Assembly: GCA_963667845.2 (NCBI GenBank)
Contig: CAXXVL010000002.1
Location: 1,120,001-1,184,000, forward strand
Length of the DNA stretch: 64,000 nucleotides
Source of the DNA: Smithellaceae bacterium
GTDB lineage: Bacteria; Desulfobacterota; Syntrophia; Syntrophales; Smithellaceae
Direction: 5' to 3'
The first letter of the stretch is position 1, and each line of letters starts with the position of its first letter. This document shows positions 57,322-64,000 of this stretch, one piece after another. Both the position numbers and the translations under genes were made by a program. The notes under the pieces are model-generated. The model was not told where the DNA came from, did not search any database, and worked only from the letters and a program-made list of their open reading frames with translations.

Positions 57322-59424
57322 ATGAAGAAAATTGCACAATCCGTTGTCGTCTTTATTTTTTCCCTTTTAGTCCTTGTCATGACTACAGTCAGTTTCGTAT
57401 TCGCGGCCCGGGAGGGCGTCTCTCCCGATGATGCGATCGTGATGGAAACGGTTGTTGTGACCGCTACAAAAACCCCGGCGAAGCGAAGGGATATTCCGAA
57501 CGCCGTGATCATTGTCGATAAAAAGGACATCCAGGCATCCGGCGCCCGCAGTATTGGAGAATTACTGGCCAATGAGCCGGGTATCGATTGGCAGACCTAC
57601 GGCGATTACGGCGGCGCCACCCAGGAGATCCACATCCGCGGAATGCGCGGGAACGCCACTCAGGTTTTAATCAACGGCGTTGTCGTCAATTCGCCTTCTT
57701 GGGGAATTGCCGACGTGAGCAAAATTCCTCTCGACAACATCGAGAGGATCGAGGTCATCAAAGGGTCCGGTTCCGTGCTTTATGGATCGGGCGCCATGGC
57801 CGGGACGGTCAATGTGATTACCAAGGGACCGAGGCGAGATAAAGTGGATCTGAAAGTCGGCGCCGGTTATGGTTCGCAAAATACCTATCGCATGGCTGCG
57901 GAAAACGGGATGTTCGTAGCCGGCGATTTTGGCTATTATCTGACCGCCGGCAGAACCGAAACGGACGGCTTTCGGGATAACGGCTATCTGAGGCAAAATG
58001 ATGCTTCGCTGAAGCTGCTTCTGGATAAGCGAGATCTGGTACAAATCAGTCTGTACGGAGATTATATCTACAGAACCTACGGCATGCCGGGCGTCCGGCC
58101 GCCGGCGGGCACGCGGGACTATTCGATTGACGGGGAGACGTTTTACAACAGCGAGTCGGCGACTCTCACGGATCATGGCGGCGATAAAGACGGACATGTC
58201 GTCCTGGAGGCAAAGGGCGTTCCCTCCGAGTGGTTCGGGTATGACGCGAAGGGGTATTACACGCACATGGATAATTACATCTTTGCGCGCTGGCCATCCT
58301 TCGGTACGGCATCGGGATTGGAAAGCTGGGTGACCAATCAGGTAATCGGGACGGATGCTCACCTGAATATCTATCCCTTTGCGGGAGCGAAACTACTTGT
58401 CGGAGGCGAATATAAAAACTTTGACTGGGCGTATGAGGCTTTTACACTGGATGGCGGTGGCCATCAGACGGTCAGAACAACCAAGGACGCCAATATATTT
58501 ACCAAGGGCTTCTTCACAGAGGCCGAGTACAGACCCTCTCAGTATGTAAAGGCTTTAGCGGGGTTCAGACATGAAATCCATTCCGCTTTCGGCTCGGAAA
58601 ATCTGCCCTCTGTCGGTATCGTCATCAATCCGTTTAAAACAACGGCTCTGAAGTTTAACCATGGAAAGCACTTCCTCGCGCCCACGCCGAACGACCTTTA
58701 CTGGCCGGCCGATCCGTATAACAGGGGCAATCCCGATCTCAAACCCGAGATCGGCTGGCATACGGATGTCACGCTCGAACAATCGCTCTTGAAGGATAAG
58801 ATATTCGCGACGCTTTCTTATTTCCACTGGAACGTAGAGGATAAGATTCAGTGGGAACCGGATTTCCAGGGAGTATGGAGCCCCATCAATCTGGCCGGCT
58901 ATAAGGCGGATGGCATTGAAGCGGGGATTAAAATCGGTCCCTTCTATGATTTGTCACTGGCTCTGGGATATACGTACACGCATGCCGAGGAGGAAAACCG
59001 CGAATACACGCGGCAGGACTATACGACACCCGATTTCCAGTATACATTGGTTAAGCGGCGGGCGACGATGACGCCCGAGCACCGGTTCCGGGGCGACCTC
59101 ATCTATAGAAACAATTTCGGGTTGATGGTTATGGCAACGATGCGTTATGTGGGTGATCAGCTGGTTTACAATACAGAGACCACCGTCTATCCCGAGACCA
59201 AAACCGTCCTCTATACGCTGGGCTCATACTGGACAGCGGATCTCAGAATCGAACAGCGTCTGTATAAACACTGGGTGCTGTCACTGGCCGGCCATAACCT
59301 GTTTGACGCCAGATACGATACGCACCTGCAATCGTTCACCGATCAAACCACATTCATGACCACGATGAGCGGGTATCCGGGAGCAGGGCGATCTGTTTTC
59401 GGCAGCGTGTCCTATGAATTTTAA
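57322..59424 (+). CDS. btuB: TonB-dependent outer-membrane receptor, cobalamin (BtuB-like)
   Basis: TonB box ETVVVTA, IERIEVIKG..SVLYG, GNPDLKPE, NLFD, C-terminal F; B12 riboswitch upstream. Confidence 0.85.
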   Translation: MKKIAQSVVVFIFSLLVLVMTTVSFVFAAREGVSPDDAIVMETVVVTATKTPAKRRDIPNAVIIVDKKDIQASGARSIGELLANEPGIDWQTYGDYGGATQEIHIRGMRGNATQVLINGVVVNSPSWGIADVSKIPLDNIERIEVIKGSGSVLYGSGAMAGTVNVITKGPRRDKVDLKVGAGYGSQNTYRMAAENGMFVAGDFGYYLTAGRTETDGFRDNGYLRQNDASLKLLLDKRDLVQISLYGDYIYRTYGMPGVRPPAGTRDYSIDGETFYNSESATLTDHGGDKDGHVVLEAKGVPSEWFGYDAKGYYTHMDNYIFARWPSFGTASGLESWVTNQVIGTDAHLNIYPFAGAKLLVGGEYKNFDWAYEAFTLDGGGHQTVRTTKDANIFTKGFFTEAEYRPSQYVKALAGFRHEIHSAFGSENLPSVGIVINPFKTTALKFNHGKHFLAPTPNDLYWPADPYNRGNPDLKPEIGWHTDVTLEQSLLKDKIFATLSYFHWNVEDKIQWEPDFQGVWSPINLAGYKADGIEAGIKIGPFYDLSLALGYTYTHAEEENREYTRQDYTTPDFQYTLVKRRATMTPEHRFRGDLIYRNNFGLMVMATMRYVGDQLVYNTETTVYPETKTVLYTLGSYWTADLRIEQRLYKHWVLSLAGHNLFDARYDTHLQSFTDQTTFMTTMSGYPGAGRSVFGSVSYEF

Positions 59425-59446
59425 CGACTTCATCAGGGGCGGCAAA

Positions 59447-60379
59447 ATGCGCAAACGGGCAGCCAATAACCGTTATGTGATGGTGGTGATTCTAGCGGCT
59501 TTGCTGGTGGCGATGTACGTCAACCTATCCTGTGCGCGTACCGTGACGGATGAAACGGGACGCCTTGTCACAGTCAGACCAGAGCCTCAGCGGATCGTAT
59601 CTCTTGCGCCCGGAATCACGGAGACTCTCTACGCCCTGGGCCTTGATGACAAAATTGTGGGCGTAACCACGTTTTGCAACTGGCCGGTCCAGGCCCGCAC
59701 CAAAACACGAATCGGCGGTTTTACGAATCCGTCTCTGGAAAAGATTGTCTCTCTGAAGCCGGATTTGATCCTGGCCACTGCTGACGGCAACAGAAAAGAG
59801 ACCGTGCAGCAACTGGAAAGAATCGGCCTGCCCGTTTATGTCACAAACCCCACGGATACACAGGGTGTTTTAAGAAGCATCGTGCATATCGGTGCAATAA
59901 CCCATCGGGAGCGGGAGGCCGAAAATATGGTGGCAAGCATCCAGAAGAGATTAGACCATATAGCACTGCAAATACGCCACAAAAGGAAGCCGCGGGTATT
60001 TTTTCAACTTGGTCTGGAACCCCTCATTACGGCCGGCAGAGGCACGCTGACCAATGAAGTCATTGAGCGGGCAGGAGGGGTGAATGTCGCCGGTCTGGAT
60101 GCAGCCAGTTATCCTCACTACAGTGCAGAGGGGATCATCGGCGCTTCCCCGGACATCATTATCTTTGCGCCGATGGTCAACGATGAAAGATTTGCCGCGG
60201 TCAAAAGATACTGGCAAAAATTCGGTGACGTGCCGGCGGTAAAAAACAATAAAATCTATCCGGTCAGCGCTGACCTGATTAATCGCGCATCACCGCGCCT
60301 TTTTGATGCCATCGAGATCATGGCGCTGATCTTCCACCCGGAGATAAGAAACCTTGACGATAGAAAGGGAAATCGATGA
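59447..60379 (+). CDS. btuF: Cobalamin-binding periplasmic protein
   Basis: RIVSLAPGITE, IVGVT..C.WP, EKIVSLKPDL, R.SPR. Confidence 0.88.
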   Translation: MRKRAANNRYVMVVILAALLVAMYVNLSCARTVTDETGRLVTVRPEPQRIVSLAPGITETLYALGLDDKIVGVTTFCNWPVQARTKTRIGGFTNPSLEKIVSLKPDLILATADGNRKETVQQLERIGLPVYVTNPTDTQGVLRSIVHIGAITHREREAENMVASIQKRLDHIALQIRHKRKPRVFFQLGLEPLITAGRGTLTNEVIERAGGVNVAGLDAASYPHYSAEGIIGASPDIIIFAPMVNDERFAAVKRYWQKFGDVPAVKNNKIYPVSADLINRASPRLFDAIEIMALIFHPEIRNLDDRKGNR

Positions 60380-61419
60380 ACTACCCGACGATACCACCTA
60401 TTGATGTCGAAGCCGCAAGACAGGCCCAAATGCGGCAAGGCAGCTTGACCAAGCCTCCCGGCAGCCTGGGCCGGCTGGAGGATATTTCTATCCGGCTGGC
60501 CGGGATGAAGGCCGATCCGCTCCCCGGCGTTTCCCGCAGAGCTGTGATTGTTATGGCGGCCGACCACGGGGTCGCGCTGGAAGGTGTCAGCGCCTTTCCC
60601 GCCGAAGTCACCAGGCAAATGGTCATGAATTTTCTCAGTGGCGGCGCAGCCATCAATGTGCTGGCGCGCCAGGCCGGAGCGATTGTCGCGATTGTCGATA
60701 TCGGCGTCGCTGCCGATTTTGATCCCTCCCTGCCCGGGTTACTGCAGCGAAAAGTGGCGCACGGGACGCGCAATATGGCCAAAGGTCCGGCCATGACGCG
60801 TGCCGAAGCCGAAACAGCGCTGGCCTGCGGCATGGACGTGCTGGCCTCGGTCGCCGAAAAGGGACTGGACCTGGTGGCTACGGGCGATATGGGCATCGGC
60901 AATACGACGCCGTCATCGGCCATTGTTTCCGTGATGGCCGGATTGCCGGTTGCCCAAGTCACCGGGCGCGGCACGGGGATTGATGAGGCGGGGCTGGCGC
61001 ATAAAATTAAGGTAATCGAACAGGCTATCGCTGTAAACCGGCCTGATCCGGATGATGCCTTCGATGTGCTCTGTAAAGTGGGCGGGCTGGAAATTGCCGG
61101 ACTGGCGGGTGTGATGATTGCCGCCGCGGCGCGCCGTATCCCGGTTGTGGTGGACGGATTCATCTCCACCGCTGCCGCCATGATTGCTGTCGGCCTCGTT
61201 TCGGATGTGCGACATTATCTGTTTTGTGCGCACCAATCCGTGGAGATCGGTCACCGGGCGATGCACAAGCACCTGGACCTCGCGCCGCTTTTGGATCTGA
61301 ATCTGCGTCTCGGGGAAGGAACCGGAGCCGTGCTGGCGTTTCATCTGATTGAAGCCGCGTCACTTATCCTGAAGGAAATGGCGACATTTTCCGAAGCCGG
61401 GGTCAGCGATAAAGGGTAG
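60376..61419 (+). CDS. cobT: Nicotinate-nucleotide--dimethylbenzimidazole phosphoribosyltransferase
   Basis: LTKPPGSLGRLE, AADHG, GDMGIGNTT, VDGFI, LRLGEGTGA, MATF. Confidence 0.96.
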   Translation: MNYPTIPPIDVEAARQAQMRQGSLTKPPGSLGRLEDISIRLAGMKADPLPGVSRRAVIVMAADHGVALEGVSAFPAEVTRQMVMNFLSGGAAINVLARQAGAIVAIVDIGVAADFDPSLPGLLQRKVAHGTRNMAKGPAMTRAEAETALACGMDVLASVAEKGLDLVATGDMGIGNTTPSSAIVSVMAGLPVAQVTGRGTGIDEAGLAHKIKVIEQAIAVNRPDPDDAFDVLCKVGGLEIAGLAGVMIAAAARRIPVVVDGFISTAAAMIAVGLVSDVRHYLFCAHQSVEIGHRAMHKHLDLAPLLDLNLRLGEGTGAVLAFHLIEAASLILKEMATFSEAGVSDKG

Positions 61420-61462
61420 AGCTCATAGCTCATAGCTTGTGGTTCAAGGATAAAGGAACGTT

Positions 61463-62191
61463 ATGCGGAATTTGCGCACCGCTTTTGGCCTGTTGACGAC
61501 GCTGCCGTTCGGGATGCCGGAAGGCTGGTACCCCGGTGACAGCGGACGCGCGGGGAGTTGGTATCCGCTGGTGGGCATCGTCATCGGCGGGTTGACCTGG
61601 CTTGCCTGGCTCGCACTTGGTCAACTTTTCCCGCCGGTGGTCGCAGGCGTGCTCACCGTCCTGGTTTGGATCGGTCTGACCGGCGGGCTGCATCTTGACG
61701 GATTGGCCGACTGCTGCGACGGCTTACTGGGGTCAGCCACGCGTGAGCGCCGTCTGGAAATCATGAAAGACCCGCATCTGGGGACCTTTGGCGGGATCGG
61801 GATCGTCCTCGTGCTGATTACCAAAGCCGCTGCATTGAGTGTGATCGCTCCGGTATCCGGTTTGGGCATTATCCTGGCTGCGACCGCCGGCCGCTGGTTC
61901 ATCCTTCCCGCGGGGTTACTGCCGCTTGCCAATCCCGGCGGCATGGGAGCTGATTTTGCCAAAGGCCTCAAGCGCAGTGCTATTTTTATCACCGCAATTT
62001 TGCCGCTCGCGCTCGCCTTTCTGTTGGGTGTTTCCGGATTGATTTCGCTTGTTGTTGCGCTCGCCGCAGCGGCGGCCGTTCTCGGACTGGCCTACAGCCG
62101 TATTGGCGGGGTGACCGGCGATGTGTTCGGCATGCTCGTCGAAGTCACTGAAACGGCCATTTTACTGGGCCTCGCCGCAGGAGTAAAATGA
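61463..62191 (+). CDS. cobS: Adenosylcobinamide-GDP ribazoletransferase
   Basis: TGGLHLDGLADCCDG, IMKD, GGVTGD. Confidence 0.95.
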   Translation: MRNLRTAFGLLTTLPFGMPEGWYPGDSGRAGSWYPLVGIVIGGLTWLAWLALGQLFPPVVAGVLTVLVWIGLTGGLHLDGLADCCDGLLGSATRERRLEIMKDPHLGTFGGIGIVLVLITKAAALSVIAPVSGLGIILAATAGRWFILPAGLLPLANPGGMGADFAKGLKRSAIFITAILPLALAFLLGVSGLISLVVALAAAAAVLGLAYSRIGGVTGDVFGMLVEVTETAILLGLAAGVK

Positions 62192-62982
62192 ACGGTTATC
62201 CTTTCAGACTCGGGACAACGTCTTACATCATTCCTGATGACATTATCCCCAACGTTCGCTATCTGGCCGGGAAGGTGCAGGATGTGGAACTTGTGCTTTT
62301 CGAAGTGGATGACGGCTCGAGCAACCTGCCCGGAAAAGAGCAGATCAGCGAACTGAGGAGTATTGCCGGGGACCATGACCTGACGTATACCGTTCACCTG
62401 CCGCTGGATTTGCGCCTGGCCGATGACGGGTCTTCGCGGCACGAATCGCTGACGAAGGCCCGCCGGGTGATCGATCGCACTCTGGAGCTTGACCCCTGGG
62501 CTTATGTTTTACATCTCGATGGTAAATTGGTTCGCGGCTGCACGGGCTCGGGAGCGATGCAGCGCTGGATAGAACAAGCCGTTCGATCACTTGAGCTCGT
62601 CGGCGCGTGGGCAGGCGATGTGGGAAAACCGGCAGTTGAAAACCTGGAAGGCTACCCGTTGGATTTCTACGAACCGGTGCTGGAAAGAATTGCCGTGAGC
62701 CGCGCGGTGGATATCGGCCATCTTTGGCTCGATGGCCATGATCCGGTGACGTATCTGCGCGGCGCTTTGGCGCGAACGCGCGTGATTCATATTCACGGCG
62801 TGGCCGGGCGCGACCACAAATCACTGGCGCAAATGCCGCAGGAGATGCTGGACCGGGCCATCGATGAATTGGTCCGCGCAGATTACCGCGGCGTATTGAC
62901 CGTGGAGGTTTTTTCCGAAGACGATTTTCTGACTTCGAAAAAGGCTCTGGAAGAATTGAGATCCCGAAAGGAAAATAAATGA
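62188..62982 (+). CDS. cbiR: Cobamide remodelling phosphodiesterase CbiR (AP-endonuclease-2/TIM fold)
   Basis: RLGTTSYI.P, VELVLFE, VHLPLD, VENL, DIGH, HIHG..DH, TVEVF; lies between cobS and cobU. Confidence 0.8.
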   Translation: MNGYPFRLGTTSYIIPDDIIPNVRYLAGKVQDVELVLFEVDDGSSNLPGKEQISELRSIAGDHDLTYTVHLPLDLRLADDGSSRHESLTKARRVIDRTLELDPWAYVLHLDGKLVRGCTGSGAMQRWIEQAVRSLELVGAWAGDVGKPAVENLEGYPLDFYEPVLERIAVSRAVDIGHLWLDGHDPVTYLRGALARTRVIHIHGVAGRDHKSLAQMPQEMLDRAIDELVRADYRGVLTVEVFSEDDFLTSKKALEELRSRKENK

Positions 62983-63530
62983 ATCCTGAAATTTCGGAAA
63001 ACGGCCTGACGCTCATTTTGGGTGGAGCGCGCAGCGGGAAAAGTACGTTTGTTGAACAATTTGCCCGTCAATCAGGGAAATCCGTCCTCTTTGTTGCGAC
63101 GGCCACAGCGGGCGATGAGGAAATGGCCCGGCGCATCCGCAACCACAAAGCTTCGCGACCCGGGCAGTGGGAAACGCGGGAGATTCCGCTGAACATCGGG
63201 CGCAATTTAATGACACCTGCGGCCGACCTGGTGATTGTCGACTGCATCACATTGCTCGTGAGCAACCTGCTTCTTTCGCTTCCGGAAGGTTCTTCCGATG
63301 AAGTCGTCATGCAAAGAATCCGGGAAGAGATAGAAGAATTGATTGCTGCGCAGGTCCGTCTCGGTGGACAATGGCTCATCGTCGCCAATGAAGTCGGCCT
63401 GGGGATTGTGCCGCCCAATCCGTTGGGGCGCATTTACCGGGATGCCCTGGGCTTTGCAAACCAGGTCCTGGCAGGCAAAGCTTCCCGCGTTATCTTTATG
63501 GTCGCCGGAATTCCGGTGGTGATTAAGTAG
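62979..63530 (+). CDS. cobU: Bifunctional adenosylcobinamide kinase / phosphate guanylyltransferase
   Basis: GGARSGKS, ATA..D.EM..RI..H, VDC, NEVG.G.VP, YRD..G..NQ, MVAG. Confidence 0.95.
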   Translation: MNPEISENGLTLILGGARSGKSTFVEQFARQSGKSVLFVATATAGDEEMARRIRNHKASRPGQWETREIPLNIGRNLMTPAADLVIVDCITLLVSNLLLSLPEGSSDEVVMQRIREEIEELIAAQVRLGGQWLIVANEVGLGIVPPNPLGRIYRDALGFANQVLAGKASRVIFMVAGIPVVIK

Positions 63531-63627
63531 CTGCCCGGGCGGGCGTATTCCGGATCGTGAAATTGCTTTATTATATGTTTTGATATAGGGAAAATGATTC
63601 TGACCAATCATAAAAATAACCATATAA

Positions 63628-64000
<373 letters not shown>

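Overview
Chromosomal, largely housekeeping and metabolic window from an anaerobic deltaproteobacterium. The gene content suggests Syntrophales (Smithella/Syntrophus-like); that is inferred, not searched. Left part: the start of a Wsp-like chemosensory operon (CheW, MCP), purQ/purL, an MBL hydrolase, cfa, a menA-like prenyltransferase, tatA, a thiolase, a thioesterase, a small RgpF + radical SAM/SPASM islet beside a truncated tatD, and a Liv-type ABC transporter operon containing an acyl-CoA ligase. Middle: an MFS transporter, tandem-domain thyX, murI, acyl-CoA dehydrogenase-etfBA, mscS, a 7-gene V/A-type ATPase with a Na+-site signature, fdhE, a TPP-dependent 2-oxoacid decarboxylase and a 4-subunit 2-oxoacid:ferredoxin oxidoreductase. 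Right part: nth, secG-tRNA-Leu, RNase D, a riboswitch-containing cobamide uptake/remodelling operon (btuCD-riboswitch-btuBF-cobT-cobS-cbiR-cobU) and the start of mdh. Four decayed genes are visible (tatD, tauE, usp, GGDEF). The most striking unexplained element is a stand-alone ~170-nt structured RNA candidate at 6758-6932. It has a near-consensus sigma70 promoter placed at its 5' end, a 16/17-bp terminal stem, four internal hairpins and a U-rich tail. No CRISPR array, integrase or transposase was seen.
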